The notes beneath the pieces are model-generated. The model ran no database searches and was not told the origin of the DNA. It saw only the letters and a list, made by a program, of their open reading frames with translations. DNA of 64,000 bases. Origin: Patescibacteria group bacterium UBA5147 (GTDB taxonomy: Bacteria > Patescibacteriota > Saccharimonadia > UBA4664). Position numbers and translations under genes: made by a program. Positions 48,712-57,340 of the stretch are shown here, in pieces (positions within the stretch are counted from its first letter, which is position 1; the number at the start of each line of letters is the position of its first letter). The stretch spans positions 248,907-312,906 of the forward strand of contig DHXV01000001.1 in assembly GCA_002415345.1 (NCBI GenBank), in the 5' to 3' direction.

Positions 48712-48786
48712 TGGCTCCGGAGGCCGGGCTCGAACCGGCGACCCAGCGATTAACAGTCGCTTGCTCTACCACTGAGCTACTCCGGA
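48712..48786 (-). tRNA. tRNA-Asn (anticodon GUU), CCA encoded
   Basis: Reverse complement reads TCCGGAG-TA-GCTCAGTGGTAGAGC-A-AGCGA-CTGTTAA-TCGCT-GGGTC-GCCGG-TTCGAGC-CCGGC-CTCCGGA-G-CCA. 7-bp acceptor stem, GTT anticodon in a 7-nt loop. Followed by the terminator AGGCTAATTTCAGCCT plus CATTTTGC. Confidence 0.85.
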
Positions 48787-48840
48787 ATATGGTAAGTACC
48801 AGGTGATTATATCTAGGGCATCAGCCACGGTCAATGCCGG

Positions 48841-50058
48841 GTGGCAAAAAATGGCCTTGCCGACTACAATATGGCTACTATGCTGGAAAAATCGATTATC
48901 TCAGCTTTGTTCAGGCGATTGCGGGTTGGTGGAGTGCGCGTAATCGACTGGACGGGCGGCGAGGCGACCTATGGCCCCGGCGAGCCCTATTTGACCCTGC
49001 ATATTCACCACCCCAGGGCGATTCGGGCCATGATGCGCAGCCTGACCCTGGGTTTTGGCGAGAGTTACATGAAGGGCGATATCGATATCGACGGCGATAT
49101 CCGCCGGCTGGGCGAGCTGGTGTCCCAAAACCAGGCGGCCTTCAGTCATCCGGCGCTTAACCGTCTACCGCACGTCGGCCGCCGCAACACCAAGCGCCGA
49201 CAGCGCAAATTCGTGGCCCACCACTACGACCTGGGCAACGATTTCTACCGGTTGTGGCTCGATAAGACCATGACTTATTCCTGCGCCTACTTCAAGTCGC
49301 CATCCGACGCTCTGGAAGCGGCCCAGGCCCAAAAGCTCGCCCACACCCTGGCCAAGCTCCAGTTAAAACCCGGCATGAGGCTGCTCGACATCGGTTCGGG
49401 CTGGGGCCAACTGTTGATTGCGGCCGTCCAGGCCTACGACGTGACCGGCCATGGCATCACCCTGAGCCAGGAGCAGTACGACCTGTCGCGGCAGAAGATC
49501 AAGGACCTGGGACTTGAGGACAAGATCACCATCGAGCTCATCAATTACCAGGATCTGGCGGCCCGCGACCTGACGTTTGACCGCGTCATCTCGGTGGGGA
49601 TGTACGAGCACGTCGGCCGGGGCAACCACCGCCAATACTTCAAAGCCGTGCATAAGCTGTTGGAACCGGGCGGTATTTCCCTGCTCCACACCATAACCAA
49701 CGAGCTGGAGACCAAGAGCGACCCCTGGATCGACAAGTATATTTTCCCCGGCGGCTATATCCCGTCGATTCGCGAAACCGTCCACGTTATGCCCGAATTC
49801 GACCTGCGGCTGCAGGATTTTGAGAACCTGCGGCTCCACTACGCGCTGACGCTTGATGAATGGCTGAAGCGGTACGACGAAAATTCGGCGGCCATTATCG
49901 CCAAGTACGGAACCAGTTTTTATCGGATGTGGCGGCTCTATCTGGCCGGCTCAATTACCGGCTTCCGCTACGACAACCTGAGCCTGTCCCAGTTCGTCAT
50001 GACCAAAGGACTGGTCAACGACGCCCCGTTGACCCGGGACTTCCTCTACCACCCCTAA
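48841..50058 (+). CDS. cfa: Cyclopropane-fatty-acyl-phospholipid synthase family methyltransferase
   Basis: SAM motif LLDIGSGWGQL. CFA/mycolic-acid cyclopropane synthase C-terminal pattern (YDVTGHGITLSQEQ). 405 aa. Confidence 0.85.
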   Translation: MAKNGLADYNMATMLEKSIISALFRRLRVGGVRVIDWTGGEATYGPGEPYLTLHIHHPRAIRAMMRSLTLGFGESYMKGDIDIDGDIRRLGELVSQNQAAFSHPALNRLPHVGRRNTKRRQRKFVAHHYDLGNDFYRLWLDKTMTYSCAYFKSPSDALEAAQAQKLAHTLAKLQLKPGMRLLDIGSGWGQLLIAAVQAYDVTGHGITLSQEQYDLSRQKIKDLGLEDKITIELINYQDLAARDLTFDRVISVGMYEHVGRGNHRQYFKAVHKLLEPGGISLLHTITNELETKSDPWIDKYIFPGGYIPSIRETVHVMPEFDLRLQDFENLRLHYALTLDEWLKRYDENSAAIIAKYGTSFYRMWRLYLAGSITGFRYDNLSLSQFVMTKGLVNDAPLTRDFLYHP

Positions 50059-50262
50059 ATAACCCCAGCGACCGGTTGGCTGGCCACGGAGTCGAAGGTT
50101 GCCAGCAAGCTGCGGAACCCGGGCTCAATCAGGTTTTCGAAGCTGACCGATTCCAGGCGGATGATGCGCCGGGGGCCGGTTTCGAGCGGCATGACTAGGT
50201 TAATGGCCCCCTTGGTGGCCACGTACATCTGGCAGTCGAATTTACTGAAGCGCTGTGCCACG

Positions 50263-50880
50263 TTAGTACTTTCGGATAAGGCCGATAACGGTTCCCTGGA
50301 TTTCAATCTGGGTGCCCGGTTTGATGATGATAGGCTCCATCGCGGAGTTGGACGGCTGCAGGCGGATGTGGGTCTTCTCTTTGAAGTAGCGCTTGAGGGT
50401 AGCTTCCCCGCCGTTGATGAGAGCGATGACCATTTCGCCGTTGGAGGGAACTTCTTTTTCCTGCACCACGACGTAATCGCCGGAGTTAATGCCTTCATCG
50501 ACCATCGAGTCGCCCTTGACCTGGAGAACGTAGGAGTTGCGGCGGCCGACCATGAACGGCGGTACTTCCAGGGTTTCGGCGTGGCGGCCGAGGGTTTCGA
50601 TCGGCTGGCCGGCGGCAACCAGGCCCATGATGGGCAGTTCGACCGAATGCGAGAGGTCCATGTCCTGTTTGACCAGCTGGATAGAGCGGGCCTCGTTGTC
50701 GCCCTTTTGGAGCATACCCTTGGTGACCAGCGAATCGATGTGCTCGGCGACGGTTGCGACCGAACCGTACTTGAAGTGCGCGGCGATCTCGCGGTAACTG
50801 GGTGCGTAACCGTAGAGCTCGATGAACTGCGTGACGTAATCGAGGACTTCATGTTGTCGTTTTGTTAGTGGCTCGGCCAT
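50263..50880 (-). CDS. lexA: LexA repressor
   Basis: N-terminal wHTH (LTKRQHEVLDYV). Ala-Gly cleavage site (VAAGQP). Ser/Lys dyad (GDSM ... KRY). 205 aa. The overlapping antisense 265-aa ORF is judged spurious. Confidence 0.9.
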   Translation of the reverse strand: MAEPLTKRQHEVLDYVTQFIELYGYAPSYREIAAHFKYGSVATVAEHIDSLVTKGMLQKGDNEARSIQLVKQDMDLSHSVELPIMGLVAAGQPIETLGRHAETLEVPPFMVGRRNSYVLQVKGDSMVDEGINSGDYVVVQEKEVPSNGEMVIALINGGEATLKRYFKEKTHIRLQPSNSAMEPIIIKPGTQIEIQGTVIGLIRKY

Positions 50881-50910
50881 TGGTAACCCTCCAGGCTTAT
50901 TTCTGATTCA

Positions 50911-50940
50911 ATGCTACCGAACAAAAGCCGAAGTGTCAAG
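50911..50940 (-). promoter_or_regulatory. lexA promoter (minus strand TTGACA-N17-TAGCAT) with GGAGGG RBS downstream
   Basis: Consensus -35 with 17-nt spacing. A TGTTCGG...TGAATCA segment overlapping the -10 could be a divergent SOS box, but there is no canonical GAAC-N4-GTTC. Confidence 0.4.
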
Positions 50941-50974
50941 CTAAAATATAACCGGGCGCCTATCTGGCGACGGG

Positions 50975-52771
50975 CTAATTAAACTGTTTTTGTACCGGGA
51001 AATCGAGGCTGGACTGGTAGAAAGTGTTGATGGTGTCGGTCGAGGTGACGGCGCCGGCTAGGTCCAGCACGTCGCGGTAGAAGACGGTGTGGGAGGCCTT
51101 GGTGACATCATTGGAGCCGGTAACGAACTGCGGGCCGCGGATGACGCCGGACTTGGTCTTGGTGCCGTAGTAATCGAACGTCAGCGTGGTACCGACCATC
51201 GTGGTCTGGATCAGGATGTAGCCGGGGGTATCGTTCTTGAATTTGAAGTCGACCTGCGGGTAGTAAATGGTGGCATCGACCCCCGGGACGCCGTAGGGCG
51301 TGGTGTAGTAGCTGATGGCAAAGGAGTGGTTGTGGCGCTCCAAAATCGGCAGGCCGGCTAGCAATGCGGCGCGGTAGGCCGTCGAGGACACCTGGCACAG
51401 GCCGCCGCCGTACTGCTTCTCCTCGTGGTCGCCCAGGATGACCAGCTCCGGTACGTAGCCGGTCTGCGGTCCGACGTCGCCCAGCAGGGCGCCGAAGCTG
51501 AAGACCTCACCGGGCTTGAGCAAGACGCCGTTGAAGCGGTTGGCCCCGGCCCGCACGTTAATCAGCCGGGTAGAGGGCGAGCCCGGGAAGAAGGTCTTGC
51601 CTTCGGAAATGAGTTCCTTGATGCCCAGCTGGTCCAGATTGTCCGACCGGACGTCGGCCTGGGTGATGGTGGCCTTTAAGGTCAGGTCGCGGCTGCCGCT
51701 GAGGCCGATGGCGGTGATGATGGCGGCGGTTGCGGCGGACTGGTCCAGCTTGAGGCCGTCTTGGGCGGGGCGGGTCACGGTCAGGGCCCCGTTCTGCATT
51801 GAGATGACGGCGTTCTGGGGCGCTTGGTCCACCTTGTTGGCGAGATCAATGACGTATTTTGACACCTGGGTCTTGTCGAGGCCCAGCGACAGGCTGGCCG
51901 GCGCCGGGAACAGGTCCTCGAGCTTGAGGGTGGTCAAGAAGTCGCGCTGGGGAGGCTGGGTGACGTTGATCCAGGTGGCGATGGTCGGTTGGGTGACTTC
52001 CCGGCTGGAAGTGCCATATTTGAGCTGGATCGGGGCGGACAGGTAGATGCCTGCCTGCTCGGCGGTCTTCTTGAGCTCGTCGGAGCTGATGGCGGCCGAC
52101 AACCGGTACACCGGGGCGGGCAAGGAACTGACATCGGTGGTGCGGAGGCGGTCCTGGATCATCTGGAGCAGCTGGCCCATGTCCAGGCGGTCGCCGGTTT
52201 TGGATTCGGTGATTTTGACGGCGCCGTTGCCGTAATCCAGGCCGGCGTTGGCCACGGGCGTCACCACGTCGTCGACGATATCGGAGATGTAGGGCCGGAG
52301 CTTGGTCTCGTCGTAGGAGTACTTGTCGAAGCTGGTGCTGCCGCCCAGCAGCGCCCGGGCCTGCTCCTTGGCCTGCTGCAAGATACCGCCGCGGCGGCCG
52401 TAGGCGTAGGCCGATACTGCCCCGCCGGCCGCGTCGTAGGTCACGCCCAGCGAGTTGACCGGAATCCGCACCGTGGTCGAGCCGTAGGTAATGGGCAGCG
52501 CGTGCCCGGAGAAATCCGCAATCTTGTCCGACAAGGCGCGTCCGGCCGAGGTCTTGGACAGCCCGCCCAGGTACACGCCGTCGGCGCTAACGCCCGGGTA
52601 CACCTTACCCGCGTACACCAGCTCAAAGCTGCCGACGAGGAGCAATAACACCACGAAAGCCCCGCCCGTGAGCCTGACCACCAGGGGCAGTCGTTTGGTT
52701 TCAGCCGGTTGATCGGTGTCGGTTGTCTCGTCCATAGTGTCGTTAGCCATTAGTAACATTATGCCATACAT
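50975..52771 (-). CDS. VanW-family protein (membrane-anchored)
   Basis: C-terminal VanW-domain motifs (YGGGLCQVSSTAYRAALLAGLPILERHNHSF). 598 aa with an N-terminal TM. Confidence 0.7.
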   Translation of the reverse strand: MYGIMLLMANDTMDETTDTDQPAETKRLPLVVRLTGGAFVVLLLLVGSFELVYAGKVYPGVSADGVYLGGLSKTSAGRALSDKIADFSGHALPITYGSTTVRIPVNSLGVTYDAAGGAVSAYAYGRRGGILQQAKEQARALLGGSTSFDKYSYDETKLRPYISDIVDDVVTPVANAGLDYGNGAVKITESKTGDRLDMGQLLQMIQDRLRTTDVSSLPAPVYRLSAAISSDELKKTAEQAGIYLSAPIQLKYGTSSREVTQPTIATWINVTQPPQRDFLTTLKLEDLFPAPASLSLGLDKTQVSKYVIDLANKVDQAPQNAVISMQNGALTVTRPAQDGLKLDQSAATAAIITAIGLSGSRDLTLKATITQADVRSDNLDQLGIKELISEGKTFFPGSPSTRLINVRAGANRFNGVLLKPGEVFSFGALLGDVGPQTGYVPELVILGDHEEKQYGGGLCQVSSTAYRAALLAGLPILERHNHSFAISYYTTPYGVPGVDATIYYPQVDFKFKNDTPGYILIQTTMVGTTLTFDYYGTKTKSGVIRGPQFVTGSNDVTKASHTVFYRDVLDLAGAVTSTDTINTFYQSSLDFPVQKQFN

Positions 52772-52792
52772 CCCCGGCCCTTAATACGCCGC

Positions 52793-53842
52793 TTACGGGG
52801 TTGGCTTCACGTAATTATCGAACAACGCCAGTGACTGGGCGATCAGCGTGGTCATATCTTTGCCTTTATATACATGGCCGGCACCCGGTTGAATATAGGT
52901 CGGGGTCGGGTGTCCCGCCGCCGTCATCGCCGCCGAGAACTGCTGCGTAAAGCGGACGGGAATAACCCGATCGGCCGCTCCGTGGCTCAGCAGGAGTGGC
53001 GTCGTAATTTGGGCGGCGTAGGTAATCGGCGAGACTTTGGTCCAAAAGGCGGGATCATGGGCCGGATCGCCGAATAGCTTAGTGATGGCCCGGCGATCCT
53101 CGGCGGCTTCGGGATTATCGACGTCGGACGGCGGATGCCAGTTGGCGTACATGTCCCCGATATCCCCCACCCCGGCGCTCGCAATGACCGCCGCCTTAAA
53201 GCGGTTGGGCGCCACCGTCACGGCGCCGAGCGCCACATGTCCGCCCATACTATGACCGAACAACCCGACGCGGGAGGCATCGACCGGATGATAGAAGGAC
53301 AGGCTGGCGGCCAGGTTCAACAGGTCGGCGTTATCGGAAGCACTATAGTAGCCACTCTGGGCCACGCCGGTGGAACTGCCGAGGCCGCGAAAGTCCGGCT
53401 TGATGACTACATACCCGGCTCGGGCGAAGGCCCGAATGTAGTCCCGGTACTCCGGCCCGTCGGTACGGTATTTACTGGCCGCCATGTAGCCGTGGGCGAG
53501 AATTATCACCGGATAGCCGAAGAACGGCCGCAGGGAGTCGGGGGTCGCCATCAGGCCGCTAATCTGGAAGCCGTCGGATGGATAAGATATGCGGCTCAGC
53601 TTGTAGCCCGGCTGCTGCCCGTACTGTTGCTCCACTTCCAGCTGGCCGCCCGGATAAGTGCGATTACGTTGAGCGGGGATCGTCAGTTGGTGCTGACCGC
53701 TCACCACGTCCGAGGTGGTCTCGTCCGAGACCTTCGGTGCCAGGAGCCGGCTAACCTGTGATCCAATGCCAATCCCACCGACCACCAACAGGGCGGCGAT
53801 GAAGTAGCGGCGGGCATGAAAATGGCGGTAATAGTGTTTCAC
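52793..53842 (-). CDS. Membrane-anchored alpha/beta-hydrolase (esterase/peptidase S9-like)
   Basis: Nucleophile elbow GHSMGG. 349 aa with an N-terminal TM. Confidence 0.65.
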   Translation of the reverse strand: MKHYYRHFHARRYFIAALLVVGGIGIGSQVSRLLAPKVSDETTSDVVSGQHQLTIPAQRNRTYPGGQLEVEQQYGQQPGYKLSRISYPSDGFQISGLMATPDSLRPFFGYPVIILAHGYMAASKYRTDGPEYRDYIRAFARAGYVVIKPDFRGLGSSTGVAQSGYYSASDNADLLNLAASLSFYHPVDASRVGLFGHSMGGHVALGAVTVAPNRFKAAVIASAGVGDIGDMYANWHPPSDVDNPEAAEDRRAITKLFGDPAHDPAFWTKVSPITYAAQITTPLLLSHGAADRVIPVRFTQQFSAAMTAAGHPTPTYIQPGAGHVYKGKDMTTLIAQSLALFDNYVKPTP

Positions 53843-53907
53843 GGTATCTGGTTTTAAGTATAACCGTCACGACAGGCCCGTCCAACAGCCGGGTAAGGTA
53901 TACTGAT

Positions 53908-55086
53908 ATGGTTTTGAATAAACCTGCCGCCCAATTCACCGCCCGACTGAACTCGCTGGATATCCTGCGGGGCTGGTTCCTGGTGGTCATCGCCTGCGAC
54001 CACCTCATCCGCATCCCCAGCATGTTCGACCTGGTTACCGGCCGCGGTTTGCTCTGGGTCAGCGCCGCCGAGGGGTTCTTCTTTATTTCCGGGATGCTCG
54101 TGGGCATCGCCCGCGGCCGGCAGATGCAGCTCTCCGGCCTCAAAGCCGCCGCCATGCACGTGTGGGCCCGCGCCGGCAAATTATACGTGGCCAGCGTCGT
54201 CCTGACATTCGCCTACCTCTTCCTGGGCTACTGGCTCCAGTCCCGCGGTGTCAACGCCATCAAGGGCGGCCTGACGCACTTTTCGACCGTCGGCGATATG
54301 CTCTACAACGTCCTCAACCTTAATTACACCTATGGCTGGGCCGATTTCCTCAGTTACTACGCCGTCTTCCTGGGCCTGGCGCCCCTGGCCCTGTGGCTGC
54401 TGCGCCGTAAGTTGTGGTGGGTCATCGTGTGGGTCAGCCTGACGCTCTGGCTCATCAAGGGCGAAGTTACCCTGCCGTTTCTGAGTTTCTACGCCCTGTG
54501 GCAGGTCTACTTCTTCCTCGGGCTGGTCTTTGGCTACCACTACCACTCGCTGCGATCCTACTACCGCCTGCTGACGCCGCGCACCATCCAACTCCTGCGC
54601 CTCGGCCTCATTACGGCCACCGTCGCCACCGTCGTCGCCAGCATCGCCTTCACCTTCGGCACGCCGTTCTTCGCGCGCTACGGCCCAGGCTACGCGGGAC
54701 TGCTGCAACTGCTGCACCTGCCCTCGCCGCAAACGTTCTACGACTTCTTCAACAGCGTCAAAGAGAACGAAACCTTCAAGGAACTCTTCCAGAACGAGCG
54801 CGGCGGCCTCCTGCGACTGCCGATATTCCTGTTGTGGTTCGGTTGCCTCTTTTCATTGGTGCGACAGTATGAGGACTGGGTCGTCGCTAAGGTCGGTTGG
54901 CTGCTGCTGCCGTTGGGCAAGAATTCGCTCTACGTCTACATCATCCAGAGCGTCCTGGCCTTCGGCGTGCCTCTCCTGTACCTGCCGTTCGGCTACGTCG
55001 AGAATACTTTCATCAACATCGCGGCCGTCCTGATCTGCTGGGTGGCGGTGAAGCGGCGGTTTTTGTTTGCGCTCATTCCGCGTTAG
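53908..55086 (+). CDS. Acyltransferase-3/OpgC-like polytopic membrane protein
   Basis: 392 aa with ~10 TM helices. N-terminal LDILRGWFLVVIACDH pattern of acyltransferase 3 / DUF1624. Confidence 0.5.
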   Translation: MVLNKPAAQFTARLNSLDILRGWFLVVIACDHLIRIPSMFDLVTGRGLLWVSAAEGFFFISGMLVGIARGRQMQLSGLKAAAMHVWARAGKLYVASVVLTFAYLFLGYWLQSRGVNAIKGGLTHFSTVGDMLYNVLNLNYTYGWADFLSYYAVFLGLAPLALWLLRRKLWWVIVWVSLTLWLIKGEVTLPFLSFYALWQVYFFLGLVFGYHYHSLRSYYRLLTPRTIQLLRLGLITATVATVVASIAFTFGTPFFARYGPGYAGLLQLLHLPSPQTFYDFFNSVKENETFKELFQNERGGLLRLPIFLLWFGCLFSLVRQYEDWVVAKVGWLLLPLGKNSLYVYIIQSVLAFGVPLLYLPFGYVENTFINIAAVLICWVAVKRRFLFALIPR

Positions 55087-55149
55087 CCAAACGACAGTAT
55101 TTTTCGTAATATGTAATCGTTCATCTATTAACCTACCCGGGGAGGGTTC

Positions 55150-55608
55150 ATGAGCATCGATACAGCTAGCTTTCTGGATTCAATCGACAAATCAGGCTTC
55201 AGTATTGAGCCTCATTCTCGCATCGTGCCCAAGCCCTGGGGCCGCGAGCTGCTCCTGACGGCCGATTCCGAGCCCTACACCATGAAGATCATCGAGATCA
55301 ACCAGGGGGCTCGTCTCAGCCTGCAGGCTCATGACCAAAAGACTGAAACGTGGACAGTCCTCAAAGGCCGCGCCGGGGTCATGATCGAAGACGAGACCGG
55401 CAAGCTCCAGGAAATCGAGCTCACCTACGGTGTCGGTTACACTACCAAACTCGGCCAGCGCCACCGCCTCTACGGCATCACCGACTGCGCCATCGTCGAA
55501 GCTTCCACCCCGGAGCTTGGCACTACCCTGCGCCTGGAGGACGACTACGCCCGGCCGGACGAAACCGAAGCCATGCGTAAAGAACCCAACCGCGGCTACT
55601 CCGCATAA
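55150..55608 (+). CDS. Cupin-2 domain protein (mannose-6-phosphate isomerase type II C-terminal domain-like)
   Basis: 152 aa. WGRELLL...QAHDQKTETWTVLKGRAGV cupin motifs. Convergent with the mannose-1-P guanylyltransferase gene. Confidence 0.6.
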   Translation: MSIDTASFLDSIDKSGFSIEPHSRIVPKPWGRELLLTADSEPYTMKIIEINQGARLSLQAHDQKTETWTVLKGRAGVMIEDETGKLQEIELTYGVGYTTKLGQRHRLYGITDCAIVEASTPELGTTLRLEDDYARPDETEAMRKEPNRGYSA

Positions 55609-55616
55609 CACAAAAC

Positions 55617-55645
55617 CCCGGCAGATTGCCGGGGTGTTTTATTGT
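55617..55645. terminator. Bidirectional intrinsic terminator (AACCCCGGCA-GAT-TGCCGGGGTGTTTTATTG)
   Basis: 8-bp GC stem plus a T-run between convergent genes. Confidence 0.65.
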
Positions 55646-55654
55646 GCAGTGACT

Positions 55655-56710
55655 TTAAATTGTCGTTTTTCGAGTAGCTAGTTTCTTGGACAGCTCCCCA
55701 ACGAGCTGGGACTTCTCCTTGGAGCAGACGAGCAGCCCGTCTGGAGTGTCCACCACCACGATCCCCGACAGGCCAATTGCAATGATGGGCTTTGTGGTTG
55801 CGTGAATCATGGAATCCTCACACTCAATCATATGCACATCACCTTCAATTGCGTTACCATCGGTTGCTGCTTCACTCAGAATTTTATGAAGATCAAAGAA
55901 TGAACCGATATCGGCCCAATCAAAGCTGCCGGGTATTACGACTAAATTAGGCGTCTTTTCAATGAGAGCAGTGTCGATGGGGTGGCTTTCCAGCGCCAAA
56001 TAGGCGGCAGACTGAGCAGGTTCGTCACCATTTGTCGCTAGCAGATCATGGTAGGCTTTGCCCAAATCGGGTGCATAACGATCCATGTCGTGTTCGAAGA
56101 CTTCGATAGACGAGGCAAACAATCCCAGATTCCATAAGTAGTGTCCGGATTCCAAATACGCTTCCGCAACATCAACCGCCGGCTTCTCCTTAAAGGAAGT
56201 TACTTTATAAACCGGAAGTCCCCCCTCAACCGCCAGCTCTTCACCATATTGGATATAACCGAAACCTGTTGCCGGAAAGGTCGGCTGCAAACCTATGAGG
56301 GCGATTGCATGACGTGTTTTTGCGGCGCCAGCAGCAGCCCGTACGGTTAGAGCAAAACCTTCCGCATCGGTAATATGATGATCCGCATGGAGAAATACCA
56401 CCTCTTCCGATTCGGAATGATGTTGGCGTAATCGAGCCAAGGCCAAAGCAATACAAGAAGCCGTACCTCGGCGCCCGGGTTCAATGATGAGCTGGTGCGA
56501 CTCCAGGCTAGGCAGCTGTGTCGCTACTTCATCACTATGAGAAGCCTCAGTCACAACATACACTTCATTACCAATGAGCTTAGCTCGCTTGTATGTATTT
56601 TGCAGTAATGATGATTCACCGGTCAATGCCAGCAAGTGTTTGGGGTGATTGCCCTGCGAGAGGGGCCAGAGGCGAGTCCCAGATCCTCCGGCTATAATTA
56701 CGATAACCAT
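55655..56710 (-). CDS. manC: Mannose-1-phosphate guanylyltransferase (nucleotidyltransferase domain only)
   Basis: N-terminus VIIAGGSGTRLWPLS. 351 aa. GMPP-type C-terminal region. Confidence 0.8.
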   Translation of the reverse strand: MVIVIIAGGSGTRLWPLSQGNHPKHLLALTGESSLLQNTYKRAKLIGNEVYVVTEASHSDEVATQLPSLESHQLIIEPGRRGTASCIALALARLRQHHSESEEVVFLHADHHITDAEGFALTVRAAAGAAKTRHAIALIGLQPTFPATGFGYIQYGEELAVEGGLPVYKVTSFKEKPAVDVAEAYLESGHYLWNLGLFASSIEVFEHDMDRYAPDLGKAYHDLLATNGDEPAQSAAYLALESHPIDTALIEKTPNLVVIPGSFDWADIGSFFDLHKILSEAATDGNAIEGDVHMIECEDSMIHATTKPIIAIGLSGIVVVDTPDGLLVCSKEKSQLVGELSKKLATRKTTI

Positions 56711-56784
56711 GAATTGACTATATCACGGCCTATCTTACAGATGTGCTTATGGTAAAATAGAAGAGCAATTATTGAGGGCTTATC

Positions 56785-57336
56785 ATGAAGCGTCCGAGCA
56801 AACATTTTCTCATCGTCTCAGGTGTCCTGATTACTTTGGGCCTCGCTGGCGTAGCGTACTCGATGTATTCAGGAAAAATACAGATTCACAATACCACCGT
56901 CAACCCCGCCCAGGGGAGCTCGACGCCCATACCAAGCCCGGGTACAGCCGGTAACCCGGGTGATGCTGCCAAGAGCACCATTGGTGCGTCAACGAACCCG
57001 GCTACCCCCACACCTGCCAAGTCAGCGGCACCCTCATCGTCAGTCCTCACAATCTCCGACTTTACGCTTACACCCCAGAAAGGCAGCGGAAAGGTCTTCA
57101 TTACAAGCCAAATTTCCGGTATCACATCCGGTACCTGTTCATTGGTTTTGACTTCGCCCAGCTCTAAGACTCAAACAGCCGGCGGAACCATTGATTATGA
57201 CGGCCACTTCTACTTCTGCAGCATGAGCCTTATAAGCGGCGTGACTGAAGCTGGCACCTGGAGCGGAAAGCTCAATGTAAGCGGTCCCGGTAATGCCAGC
57301 GGCAGCCTAAGCACTCAATTCGTGGTGGCGAACTAA
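56785..57336 (+). CDS. Secreted Ser/Thr/Gly-rich hypothetical protein
   Basis: Signal anchor LIVSGVLITLGLAGVAYSMYS. 183 aa. Confidence 0.45.
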   Translation: MKRPSKHFLIVSGVLITLGLAGVAYSMYSGKIQIHNTTVNPAQGSSTPIPSPGTAGNPGDAAKSTIGASTNPATPTPAKSAAPSSSVLTISDFTLTPQKGSGKVFITSQISGITSGTCSLVLTSPSSKTQTAGGTIDYDGHFYFCSMSLISGVTEAGTWSGKLNVSGPGNASGSLSTQFVVAN

Positions 57337-57340
57337 ACCG

